A DNA stretch of 64,000 nucleotides from Tubulanus polymorphus (lineage: Eukaryota; Animalia; Nemertea): NCBI RefSeq assembly GCF_964204645.1, contig NC_134034.1:3427814-3491813 (forward strand), given 5' to 3'. Position 1 is the first letter of the stretch; each line of letters starts with the position of its first letter. The translations under genes and the position numbers were made by a program. Shown here one piece after another: positions 25,010 through 37,196 of this stretch. The notes under the pieces were generated by a model. The model did not search any database and was not told where the DNA came from. It saw nothing but the letters and a program-made list of their open reading frames with translations.

Positions 25010-25590
25010 CAATACACAGGAAATTTACTACTTTAGATTTTAAAAGCACTGTCGAGCCGTAAACATCGACAAATCGACGTGTGTCACTACATCGTCGTTC
25101 CGGGAATCAGCTGCGAGTTTCTCCTCATTCTGAGAATCAAATCGAGTACAAATTAATTTATTACTACCAGTGATTTGGCTGCGGGCGTCAAGCAGTTAAT
25201 TTAGCAATACCTATTTTTCTTTACCAAATTTACCGTGTTTTTACTAAGATAAATCATAAGTGTACCGGGGAGTCGTAGGCCTAAACTAAACACGCCGAAG
25301 AGAAATAGCGGAGAAAAGCTGTTATGTCGACGAGGTATCAAAATAAAAGAATATATTACTTTATTCAGCCGCTCCATATCAATACCATCAATATTCTATA
25401 TTTCCTACAGTACATACCGATCATTGTCAAATCCACAAGGCATTTACTAAATACAAGTATAAAACACACTCGTATCCGTATGCTGGACTCACACTTGACA
25501 TTCGGAGTAAGCGTTCGCTGTGGGGGAAAGGAGATCGTTCGCTGGGTCGCATGAAGTGTTTATCGAGTTTTACGCGACTTTAAAGCTTTA
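25010..25590. repeat. ~570-bp direct duplication, copy 1 (copy 2 at ~29410-29985)
   Basis: Near-identical sequence from CAGGAAATTTACTACTTTAGATTTTAAAAGCACTGTCGAGCC to GATCGTTCGCTG. Confidence 0.85.
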
Positions 25591-25689
25591 GTATGGTGGC
25601 TGATAAGATAACAAAACACGAATATGCAAATGAGGGCGACATTACGACAAAACGACAAAACTAAAATAACGCGAGAAAACAATGATTTT

Positions 25690-27220
25690 GATTTTGTCGC
25701 CCGCGACAATTCATTATTTTGGTTTTATCGCCCACGACAATTCATTACTTTGGTTTTATCGCCAGCGACAATGCATTATTTCGGTTTTGTCGCCCGCGAC
25801 AATACTTCTTTTTGGTTTTGTCGCCCGCGACAATTCATTATTTTGGTTTTATATTTTGTTTTTGTCGCCCGCGACAATTTTCTTTTTTGGTTTTGTCGCC
25901 CGCGACAATTCAATATTTTGGTTTTATCGCCTGCGACAATTCAATATTTTGGTTTTATCGCCCGCGATAATTCATTATTTTGGTTTTGTCGCCTGAGAAA
26001 ATTCATTATTTTGGTTTTATCGCCCGCAACAATTCATTATTACGGTTTTATTGCCCGCGACAATTCATTATTTTGGTTTTGTCGCCCGCGACAATTCACC
26101 ATTTTGGTTTTGTCACCCGCGACAATTCATTATTTTGGTTTTTTCGCCCGCGACAATTCATTATTTTGCCAAACTAATGAAAAAAAGAATTGTCGCGGGC
26201 GACAAAACCAAAATATTGAATTGTTGCGGACGACAAAACCAAAAAGAAAATTGTCGCGGGCGACAAAAACAAAGTATAAAACCAAAATAATGAATTGTCG
26301 CGGGCGTCAAAACCAAAAACAAGAATTGTCGCGGGCGACAAAACCAAAATAATGAATTGTCGCTGGAGATAAAACCAAAGCAATGAATTGTCGAGGGCGA
26401 TAAAACCAAAATATTGAATTGTCGCGGGCGACAAAACCAAACTAATGAATTGTCGCGGGCGACAAAACCAAAAAAAGAATTGTCGGGGCGACAAAACAAA
26501 AATAATGAATTGTCTTAATAATGAATTATTTTGGTTTTATCGTCCGCGACAATTCAATATTTTGTTTTTATCGTCCGCGACAATTCATTATTTCGGTTAT
26601 GTCGCTCGAGACAATTCATTATTTTGGTTTTATCGTCCGCGACAATTCATTATTTTGGTTTTGTCGCTCGAGACAATTCATTATTTTAGTTTTATCGCCC
26701 GTGACAATTCATTAGTTTGGATTTATCGCCTGCGACAATTCAATATTTTGGTTTTATCGCCTGCGACAATTCAATATTTTGGTTTTATTTCTCGCGATAA
26801 TTCATTATTTTGGTTTTGTCGCCTGAGAAAATTCATTATTTTGGTTTTATCGCCCAAGACAATTCACCATTTTGGTTTTGTCGCCCGCGACAATTCATTA
26901 GTTTGGTTTTGTCGCCCGCCTCAATTCAATATTTTGGTTTTATCGCCCTCGACAATTCATTGCTTTGGTTTTATCTCCAGCGACAATTCATTATTTTGGT
27001 TTTGTCGCCCGCGACAATTCTTGTTTTTGGTTTTGACGCCCGCGACAATTCATTATTTTGGTTTTATACTTTGTTTTTGTTGCCCGCGACAATTTTTTTT
27101 GGTTTTGTCGCCTGCGACAATTCATTAGTTTGGTTTTGTCGCCCGCGACAATTCAATATTTTGGTTTTATCACCCGCGACAATTCATTAGTTTGGTTTTG
27201 TCGCCCGCGACAATTCTTTT
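25690..27220. repeat. ~30-bp satellite (TTTGGTTTTRTCGCCCGCGACAATTCATTAT)n with an internal inverted block at ~26168-26514
   Basis: Directly visible tandem array that resumes at 28333-28660 after an insertion. Confidence 0.95.
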
Positions 27221-27791
27221 TCAGTCCACTTGGGACTTTAGTCCCAGCGGGCTATTGTGTTCACTTTTCGTCCGTCCGTCCGTCCGTCCATAGACGGAAT
27301 CCAGTTTTTTGGGAAGTTTTGAAGACGCTTTAAGGTCATTGGTTTTAGTATGTGGCCATCAGGGGGCGTTGAATAATACAATAACTTAGTATTGCTATAT
27401 TATATTTGTACCAAGGCATATTTTGTTACCATGATCAATTGCAAAGTTGTAGTTCATGACATCGTCTATGATTGTGGTGAGTTTTAAAGGACATTAGTTA
27501 TTCCATATAGTCACCAGGGGGCGTTGAATAGTAGGAAAGCTTAGTTTTTCCTTATTAGATTGGTACCTAGGCATAGTTTGTTACCATGATCCATTGCAAA
27601 GTTGTAGATCATGACATCGTCTATGATTGTGGTGAGTTTTTAAGGACATTAGTTATTCCATATAGTCACCAGGGGGCGTTGAATAGTAGAATGGCTTAGT
27701 TTTTCCTTATTAGATTGGTACCTAGGCATATTTTGTTACTATGGTCAATTGCAAAGTTGTATTTCATGACATGTACTACGATTGTGGTGAG

Positions 27792-28050
27792 ATAAATGAA
27801 GAAATCCCACACTTCGAATTTGAAATTATACTATCAAATTTATTATTACGAAACCACAACGTTTCGGCTGTTGACTAACAGCCATCATCATCATCATCAT
27901 CATTCCACCTGATGATGGCTGTTAGTCAACAGCCGAAACGTTGTCGTTTCGTAATAATAAATTTGATAGTATAATTTCAAATTCGAAGTGTGGGATTTCT
28001 TCATTCATCTACAGTTTACACGGATTATAGTGTTTATTCGACAACTAACT
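27792..28050 (+). mobile_element. Penelope-like element pLTR fragment with an inverted duplicate, inserted in the HINE
   Basis: Near-perfect palindrome with ~110-bp arms (27790-28010) and a short tail. The target GATTRTGGTGAG is duplicated (27780-27791, 28051-28062). It contains a hammerhead motif. Confidence 0.75.
27905..27946 (+). ncRNA. Minimal type I hammerhead ribozyme motif (Penelope-type)
   Basis: CCAC-CTGATGA-T-GGCTGTT(AGTC)AACAGCC-GAAAC-GTT-GTCG. The inverted copy keeps GTGG, which pairs perfectly with CCAC. The palindromic AACGTT is typical of dimer-dependent helix III. Confidence 0.7.
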
Positions 28051-28332
28051 GATTATGGTGAGTTTTAAGGTCATTGGGTTTTGCATATGGTCACCAGGGG
28101 CGTTGAATAGTAGAATAACTTAGTATTTCCATATTAAATTGGTAACGAGGCATATTTTGTTATCACAATCAATTACAAAATCATAGCTGCTCACATGTTC
28201 TATGATTGTGGTGGGTTTCAAGGTCATTGGTTTTTGTATATGGTCACTAGAGGGCGTTATGTGTTGAAATTGTTAGATTGTTGAGCATTTGAAACCACTT
28301 CCCAAGTGAGCATGGTGTCCCTGGACCCCTAG

Positions 28333-28660
28333 TTTGGTTTTGTCTCCCGCGACAATTCATTATTCTGGTTTTGTCGCACGCAACAATTCAATATTTTGTT
28401 TCTGTCGTCCGCGACAATTCATTATTTTGGTTTTATCGCCGCGACAATTCAATATTTTGGTTTTAACACCCGCGACAATTCATTGTGGTTTTATCGCCCG
28501 CGACAATTCATTATTTTGGTTTTATCGCCCGCGACAATTCATTATTTTGGTTTTATCGCCCGCGACAATTCATTATTTTTGTTTTGTCGCCCGTGACAAT
28601 TCAATATTTTGGTTTTGTCACCCGCGACAATTCATAATTTTGGTTTTGTCCCCGTGGTTT
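28333..28660. repeat. Continuation of the ~30-bp satellite
   Basis: Same unit as 25690-27220. Confidence 0.9.
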
Positions 28661-28779
28661 TGTCGGAACATTAAGTTTTTTGGTCGAACAGTGTGTTAAG
28701 GTCGTTTTGGAAATTTACTCGGTCTGATATATTTTGGATTACTGTGTATGTCATTTGTCAGGACATTAAACAGAAGACG

Positions 28780-29050
28780 ACTTAGGATACTACCTTGCGT
28801 GACTCCACTAGTTAGACCGTCTCATTCCAAGATGAGGCGTTCCGTTGATTTCGGTTACAAGTTTCCGTTCAGAGATAACTGCTGAGCCATTTTAACGACC
28901 TATCATTGATACTGTTTCCTAATAGACTATTTAGTAATGGCTGATGTTGAACCTTATCAAATGCTTTGTTGAAAACCACCGTTGAACAGGATTCTAAGAC
29001 TGTGCAGAAAACCCGTTATCGCTGCTTTGCAGCTATATTTATTATTATTT
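28780..29050 (-). mobile_element. CR1/L2-type reverse transcriptase fragment, duplicate 1
   Basis: Aligns with 31250-31510 and encodes the degenerate ..KAFDKVQH..WLSSYL..GVTQGSILS segment. Confidence 0.7.
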
Positions 29051-29409
29051 TCTTCCACACTATTTTTACTAAAAGAACAAAGGCTTTGTTACCTTGCTGC
29101 TGTTGTCGATACAATCCGTCTGATATCATTCAGCTCACTTCGATCTACAAATACCCCGTGCGTATTTTGAAGAATCATCGTTACAAAAGCCCTGTCGGGC
29201 CGTAAACATCGAAAATTGAGCCCCATTCAAAGAGCCGACATGTTTTTCTAAGTCCTCTTTCCGAAATCTACCGCACGTTTCTTGTCACATCAATTATCAA
29301 TTCAAGCATAAATTAACAAATTTATTACCCAAAGATTGCACATTCTGTCGCAGTTTTTAAAAACTAATTTTAACAATAGCCCATTTTCCTCATCAAATCG
29401 TATTACCGA

Positions 29410-29985
29410 TATACAGGAAATTTACTACTTTAGATTTTAAAAGCACTGTCGAGCCGTAAACATCGACGAATCGACGAGTGACACTACATCGTCGTTCCGG
29501 GGATCAGCTGCGAGTTTCTCCGCATCATGAGAATCAAATCGAGTACAAATTAATTTATTACTACCAGTGAATTGGCTGCGGGCGTCAAGCAGTTAGTTTA
29601 GCAATACCTATTTTTCTTTATCAAATTAACCGTGTATTTACTAAGATAAATCTTTAGTGTACCGGGGAGTCGTAGGCCTAAACTAAACACGCCGAAGAGA
29701 TATAGCGGAGAAAAGCTGTTATGTCGACGAGGTATCAAAATAAAAGAATATATTACTTTATTCGGCCGCGGACTTCAACCTCTATATCAATACCATCAAT
29801 ACTCTATATTTCCTACAGTACATACCGATCATTGTCAAATGCACAAGGTATTTACAAAATATAAGTATATAACACAATCCTATCCGTATGCTGGACTCAC
29901 AATTGACATTCGGAGTAAGCGTTCGCTGTGGGGGAAAAGGAGATCGTTCGCTGTGTCGCTTGAAGATTACGCGACCTTAAGGCTT
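29410..29985. repeat. ~570-bp direct duplication, copy 2
   Basis: Near-identical to 25010-25590. Confidence 0.85.
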
Positions 29986-30420
29986 AGGCCTACCGGAACT
30001 GACCTTTACTGTCTCAAACAAACACAGTATAATTGTTGCGTTTATTAACGGACTCATTGGATGATTGAACTTCAAAACAAAATTTACGATATTTAGGAGG
30101 GTTCTGATTCAATAGGCCTACGACCAATCTGTCCGGATGTTAGGTCTACGCATATTCATAGGCCTACATAAGCTAGTAGCCTCTACTAGGTTAAAGCTAA
30201 GTTCACTGTAAAGGAGGAATCAGATTTATTAAAATGCATGTTAATAAGTGATTAACTGGTTCTGACTTGCAACGATCAATCACAATTATTAATTTCATTG
30301 GCAGAAATGAAGAGTTTTTTTGAAAATTTCGCCTGAGCAGACAGCTTTATAAGCCAGACTCTTCATTTGAGTTTTTTCATCATAGATGAAACAGGTATTT
30401 CATTAATTGCTAATGACTTA

Positions 30421-30738
30421 AGCCGGACGTAGGTCGGCTTTGCGAAGGCTTGTGACTCACTGCGACGCCATTCACTGCAACCGCCAGCGACGATTGTGTC
30501 GCAGCGACTCATCGACCTACGCTCCCTTGCGATGGGTTGCGACTGTCAGCAACGCCAGTCACAAGAAGTCGCACGTGTTCTTCTTTCTGCGGCTGTCACA
30601 ACCGACCTACGCGCTCTTGCGACTGGCAGAAACTAGCCGCACACAGTCACTGACAATCGTATCGCAACCGACTTGCAGTGAAACTTGCGATGCAACGCGA
30701 GGATCGCATCGCGTCGCAAGGCCGACCTACGTCCGGCT
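30421..30738. mobile_element. PIF/Harbinger MITE
   Basis: TIR AGCCGGACGTAGGTCGGCYTTGCGA, perfect TTA TSD (30418-30420, 30739-30741) and internal CGACCTAC repeats. Confidence 0.88.
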
Positions 30739-30769
30739 TTAAGTTACTGCGGAGCCCCAGAAATATCTT

Positions 30770-31250
30770 TTTTTTCGTTCATAAGACCTTTCGTTTGAAA
30801 ATCCTTTCGTCGGAACAAAATTTATTTTGTTCGAATCAATAATATTCTGTTCGATTGAACCAATTTGAAAATCGTTAGAACAAAGTTGAACAAACTTTTT
30901 TTTGTCCAAACGAAAGGTTTTTCGTTCGAACAATCATTCGATCGAACAGAATCGTTTTAATTTGAACAGAATTTTCTTGTCAAAAACATTAAGTTTTTCG
31001 TTCGAACAAGTATATTGTAAAAAGTTTTTTCTCCGAACCAAAAGTATTTCGTTCAATCGAACAGAATTGTTTTCATTCAAACATTTGTTCCAAAAAAGTT
31101 GTTTTCGCTCAACCAAATTTCTTTGCCGGGACAAAAGTTCTTCATTTCAACAATAACATAGCTTTTCATTCGAACACATTTTGTCATAATGAAGAAAATT
31201 TTGGCTCAAACAAACAGAATTGTTTTCAATCGAACAAGATTTTCTTGTCG
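30770..31250. repeat. Degenerate short-motif (TTCGTTCGAACA-like) array
   Basis: Recurrent TTCGAAC/TCGAACAGAA motifs; probably transposon subterminal repeats. Confidence 0.45.
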
Positions 31251-31510
31251 ACTTAGGATACTACTTTGCGTGACTCCACTAGTTAGACCGACTTATTCCA
31301 AGATTCCGTTGATTTTGGCTTCAAGCTTTCGTTCAGAGATAACTGCTGAGCCATTTGAGCGACCTATCATTGATACCGTTTTCTAATAGCCTGTTTAGTA
31401 ATGGCTGATGTTGAACCTTATCAAATGCTTTGTCGAAATCCACCGTTGAACAGGATTCAAGACTGTGCAGAAAACCCGTTATCGCTGCTATGCAGCTATA
31501 TTTTCTATTT
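31250..31510 (-). mobile_element. CR1/L2-type reverse transcriptase fragment, duplicate 2
   Basis: 'DFDKAFDKVQHQPLLNRLLENGINDRSLKWLSSYL' in the ORF track. Confidence 0.8.
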
Positions 31511-31669
31511 ATGTACATGTATGTACATATCCACGCAGGTTGTCTGATACTGCAATACTGGCCATGAACACCAGCTTCCATGCACTACTTGTTGATATTG
31601 TCTAACCGCTGATAACTGAACCCTACTACTATGTTTCTGAAAGCTTTATTGGTATAATTCATGAAAGCC

Positions 31670-31803
<134 letters not shown>

Positions 31804-32493
31804 ATATTTAGAATAGAATATATTTAGATCTATCGATTGCAAATAGAGAAATCATCTCGTTAGAAAATTGAATATATCTTTTAAAACACTTGACAAGTTT
31901 CTGGTAGATCGACGTTTATCTTGAAATGGAAATTATTAACGATCTACATAAAAAGTTTTGTTGATTCTTAGTCGACTTATTATCTCGAAATGGAATCGAT
32001 GATTGATCGTCTGTTCAAAACGTGGTTTCTTCACGCTGCGACATATTTAGAATAGAAAATTGAACATAATTGATACCGAGTAACTCTCTTGCTGAAACTA
32101 AAAGGATTTTTCAGTCATCTACGATGTACTTCTATACAAACTTCGAGGGTTAGTCCAATGTTTGAGGCAAAGTGCCTTTCGCTAAAACTCACGAGTCCAG
32201 TTCTCGAGGTCAACAAGGACACGTTGTCAAACTTTTGTTGAAAATCATTGACAAATTCGATTATGCTTTTTATTAATGTGCACCGTTTGTGAACCATGCC
32301 TCGGTTTGACCCGACGCCCGCCATTGACGGTATAAATATCTTCGATGAACTCGTTATGCCACGGAATTCATTAACGTCTACCACGCCAGGTTGACCCGAC
32401 GCCCGCGTTCAAATCGACGCCATTCATAAATGCCTCAGAAAGTTTCGTTTGTTTATCAGTGAGTCTTTGGCAATGTATCGAGCTAGCTCGAAA

Positions 32494-35400
32494 ATGAAAA
32501 GTATTTTGATGATTTTGGTCGTTACCAGCGTCCGATCGACATCGGCTACAACTTGTAAGTATTCATTTAGTCATAAAAATTTGCAAACGCGTGGTGCTAA
32601 CTTCCAAATGTGTGGAATTCACAATCTAACACCCGTTAACCACCGTGTTTCGTCAATTAGCAAATTATGAATGAATCAATAGATCGTCTACGCAGATATT
32701 ACTTTTTGGAAGACGCTAAATTCTAAAGTTGCGTGCGAAATTTGCCGAATTTCATACCCTGAATGCACCATCCAAATATACATCATCACTTTCTTCCAAT
32801 CCACAGTCAGGCTACATTTTCTAAATCAAAATCTCTAGTCGAGGAATTTGAAATTTTTACACTTTTATTCCGCAGTGTACGATTTGGCGCAAGGACGACA
32901 AGCGGCCCAGAGCAGTACTTTAAGGGACGCCAACCTCGCTATCAGGGGAAAGACGTGGCCCAGAGACATCGATACGTGTAGCGCTACGGAAGATACCGAC
33001 AACGACCCCTGGTGGCAGGTTGATCTGGGCACCGAACGCGAAGTGTCCCGAGTTTTTGTCCAAGGTCACGAATACGACTACTCGAAAAGAAGTGAGTTTT
33101 TGTGCTGCTTATTTCTGGCTTTCTGTCGAGACGATCACGACACAAATTACCCATATCGTGTCAACCCAACCCAACCCAACCCTTCTTAAGCCAACCCAAC
33201 TGAACCGAACCCGTTGATTAGATTCATACAATGCAGACCCAGCCAAGAGTATACAATGCTGGCACCGTTACATTCTTAAACCGCCAAGATGGCCTAACAA
33301 TTTGCAGCTTCTTAAGATAGATTTCAATTTAACATACCATTAACAAAGATTTATATAACCATCGTCCGAAATGATTCTTAACAAAATAAATGTAGCATTC
33401 CTTTTTTCTTTACGTGGGTCGTCTTTCTTTAATTCATATGACTGCTGCGTACTAGTGCGCCATCTAACGGCTTTTGTGGTGATCGCTGACCCGAATGCCG
33501 AAACGTCCGTTTTTGAGGGTCCACCTCCCGCTTCCAAAAGAGGGGTCTGATTCAACGAAAGTAGCTCATGCGTTTTCGTGCTCTTACTTGCTACCAATCT
33601 ATTGGATCTATTCGTCAACATCTAAGCTATTTTCACTCCATTGCTCCTATTGATTTCATGCAACTATAAACGATTTTTTTCAAATCTTGTTTTTATCTAG
33701 GAAAGCTGGAAAACTTCAACATTTTTGTATCGAACCTACCCGCATCTGAGAACGGCCTTCCGACCAAGAGTCGGCTGTGTCACGCGAACACGAACAAACT
33801 GACTAACGAAAAAATGGGAAAGTTCAAGTGCGCTGAACCGATCAAGGGGCGCTACGTAATCATCACATCTCCGGCCAAATTTGGAAAGCTAGAACTATGC
33901 GGAGTTCACGTGTATGAAGGTGAGTTCATGACCAGCTTCCCTCTTAACAAGCTACGCCACCAGGTGGTATTTATCAATGTTACAACCAAATGAATTAGAA
34001 CTGTCGACTTAAAAAAGCGACATTCGACACTTTCACATAAACATTATCGCACATATGCGTATAGATACGGAATTGATCTCTTTCATCGGCGTCGCCACCA
34101 ACGACCCTCGTAGTGACGTACAGCTTCAGATATGGGCGTGGTCACTTGACGCGTGGTAGACCTCGGGACATTTATGTCCGCTAAATGGCAATAGCTGTCT
34201 TACAGTCGTCTCGATAAACAGACGTTAATATGGAGTAGCTTTGGAAATAATTGACAAAATCGAACAAAAAGCGAAAATCGGCCGTAATCTAGAATTCGTT
34301 CTTCGAAAGAAACTAAACCTCAACGAACAGGGCTTTAAGTTTCATTTTTTCTCTTTTTTCCTCTTGACGAACAGAATGCAAAACCGGTGATTGTAAAATC
34401 GACACGTGCATGGACCTGTCATCTCCGAAACGGTAAGCTTACTACATATATACTACTGCAGCACCTGGTGGATCCTCACTTGCCAACGTCAGAGATGGAA
34501 CTTGAGAGGAGCAAAATCCTTACCGACCTCAAATTCGATCGTCCCATTTACTTTTCATGACGCTTTTTCTGTAAAACAAATGCACAATATTGTCGGCAAT
34601 TACTGTTATTGGCGCTGCCGTTATACCATTTTCTTCATATGATTTTTCCTAATGATTTTTGGGAAAACCCTCAGAGATCTTGCTCTCGAATTTTCCTGCC
34701 AGACATTATCCGGATCCTGATGTCTTTGTTAAAGGTATGATAACGTTAAACGAGTTACTTGAAATATGGTAAGTCAAATGTTCTAATGTTCGTTTTTGTA
34801 GATGCGCACTGGCTGCTCTACGGGGATGCCAGGACTATTCATTCTTGAAAAGCTCCGAGCAGTGCAGAGCGACGTGTAAATTGTGCAAGCCAGAATCCGG
34901 AATCCCTAAAGGTTTGTACGCAGCTTGTGGCATCCCGCGAAAACTGTAAATGTGTCTCAAATCCCAGATACACGAAATTATGCTAATGGCAGTAAACCCC
35001 GGGTATTACGTAGCAGTAGGGACCAGAAAACAAATACGTTTGATCTTTATTTATGAAGCGGAGGGGATGCAGGGGGTCAATGGTTTATACCGTGGACGAG
35101 TCTTAGGAGTCTCAGGTGCAAATACCTGCTGAGGGAGGATGCTTACCCTAGACGTAATATAGGGATTCCCGATGATATCAAGTCCAAGTTACTGCTAGCA
35201 AACTTTCTTAACGGTTTTTAAATTTTTTCTAAGACATGTGGTCACAGCCGTAGGAACAGGAAAGAGGACCACAAACGTACACCCCGGCTGCTATGGCGAT
35301 GTATCTTGTAACATTACCTCTCGAACCTTAGGCCTACTAAGTATTAACTCTGTTTGACTCGTAATCGAATAACGAAATGGACATATCTTCATTTGACTGA

Positions 35401-37196
35401 ATTATTAGGACTCTCTTCCGAAAGCGATGTGATTGGAAAAACGATCGAGATGACAGGGCCAGCAACGTCGACTCGTGATGACGCGGCAAGTGAGGTCACG
35501 TGCCCGGAAGGTTATTTCGTCGTCCAGTGTCGTTGTTCCTCGCAAGTTGACTGCGACTCGAACATGGTGATCGGAAACAACACCTGTCGAGTGACTCACA
35601 CACACGGGAGACCAGTAGTGAAGGTACTTATTTGAAATGGAAAATCGTAGATCTTGACAATTGTCTATAGCCGCGATCACATGGAGACGATTTGGCCCGG
35701 GCCAAATTGGCACGGATCAGACTCGGGCCAAATTTGGCCCGTGCCTAATTAGAGAGCGCGGTCACACGCAAACCATTCACTCGCTACTAAACAATGCTCA
35801 AACAAAGCGAAGTTGACCATTTCGGGTGCCAGTTGCAATTCAAACGCAATCATTTGTCTGGTGCTAAAATTTGGCTCGGGCCTGGTCCGACGTTATTGGT
35901 TGGGCCAAATTTGGCCCGGGCCATACAGGCTAGGGCTCATTTGGCACCCGTGTGAACAGTTGTTCCTGGCCAAATTTGGTCCGTGCCAAAAACGCTCGTG
36001 TGATCGCGGCTTAAGAGTTGGACAGACCACAAATTGTCCTAAAGGATGCTGGGTAAAGACAGCAGATTGCCTGAGGGGTGCAAGGTACGGACAGCAAAAT
36101 CATTTGATGGTTGGATTCGAATGCAGCATGTTGTCTGAGGGGTGAAAGGTACATACAACATATCATATCATATCATATTCATTTTCTGCATAATTTGCAT
36201 CAATATATAAAGAATATAAGACACTTACATTACAAAAGCACGATGATTAATTTGTTCTACACACATAAATATATATACTGATGTAAAAATAACAGATGGA
36301 CACGCACGCACGCACGCGCACACACGCATCATACAGTTCAAGATTGATAATTCTCTCCGAAATTCTTTATCGGAAGCAAAGGTTTTAGTTCATCCGCGAA
36401 CAGCTGAAAAAATAGCTGACGCGTCAGCGCAGTCATTAATGTACAATATAAAGAGTATTGAGCACAGGATCACTCCTTGCGGGACTCCACGTGTCATCTC
36501 CATTCTGTCAAATGCTTTATCGCCATACTTTAGGCACTGAAAGCGGTTACAAAGATAATTCTTGAACCATAGGTTAGCTAACATATTGTCTGAGTTTGAA
36601 GTGTATGGACAGCTGATTTACTAACTGTGAGGCCGTGGGGTACAGCTCGTATTTTGGAATACAGCTCGTATTTTATTTTTCCAGCCGATCGCCACCTGTC
36701 AATCATTGTACACTTATCGCGTTGTCAGAACGACTACGTTTTCCAGAACACCGAAGATTTCTTGTCCCGAAGGTTTGGTCGTCAGATCCTGCGGCTTATA
36801 CAACCCGTAAGTGTCCATAGCCTTCCTCATTAGGTAACTGCCAACTCGCTAAATCGCTCGGTAGAACTTTACTCATAATTTGATCGGAAAATGTATTCCT
36901 TTTCCCTTATTCGAATGGGTTCTTCATTACGGGTCCCAACGCTACCGAGTTCCTGATTCAGAGCATTCTCGGCAGCGTGGCATTTTACACTAACTCGTAG
37001 GATATCGCGTTTCGAATTCTACTCAATAACGACCTTTTTATTTTGAATGGTTCATATTTTCAGTTGGGCGTACAACGACAAATCAATGAGAGCAAAGAAA
37101 TCCGGCGTGAATACGTGTGTCGCATCTTCTAGATGTACCGCCCGGCTGGGTTGTATGATACAGGCGATTTGCGTCGATCCAAGAATAATTCAGTAG
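32494..37196 (+). CDS. Secreted mosaic protein: signal peptide - non-canonical F-type lectin domain - ShKT domain - two PCSK9-C/resistin-like Cys modules; 8 exons, 377 aa
   Basis: join(32494..32554,32876..33091,33701..33919,34375..34432,34802..34911,35409..35623,36685..36806,37064..37196); all GT-AG and phase-compatible, 1134 nt (alternative ATG at 32473). FTL motifs: LAQGRQAAQSST, PWWQVDLG, GRYVII, LELCGVHVY. ShKT: CMDLSSPKRC-ALAALRG-C-QDYSFLKSSEQ-CRATCKLC. C-terminal modules: SEVTCPEGYFVVQCRC..NTCRV..PIATC and ISCPEGLVVRSC..NTCVA..QAIC. Confidence 0.82.
35669..36011. mobile_element. MITE (Harbinger-like termini), copy 2, in intron 6 of the lectin gene
   Basis: Same TIRs and body as 10152-10441, opposite orientation, ~50 bp longer. 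Confidence 0.8.
36380..36600 (-). mobile_element. LINE RT fragment
   Basis: 'WFKNYLCNRFQ...GVPQGVILCSILFILYINDC' is the CR1/L2 RT core motif. Confidence 0.75.

Larger units (their letters stand above)
27222..28332 (+). mobile_element. Non-autonomous Helentron-associated element (HINE/DINE-1-like) inserted in the satellite
   Basis: Inserted in a T-run. 5' subTIR CACTTGGGA with a nearby partial inverted copy (TCCCAGCGG), a (GTCC)n microsatellite, ~155-bp tandem core repeats containing CACCAGGGGGCGTTGAAT, a 3' subTIR TCCCAAGTG and a terminal hairpin GTCC-CT-GGAC. Confidence 0.8.

Noticed and set aside
25624-28699. Many overlapping ORFs, and a possible CRISPR-like array
   Set aside because: These are translations of a head-to-tail 30-bp satellite. 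There are no unique spacers and no cas genes, and the context is eukaryotic.
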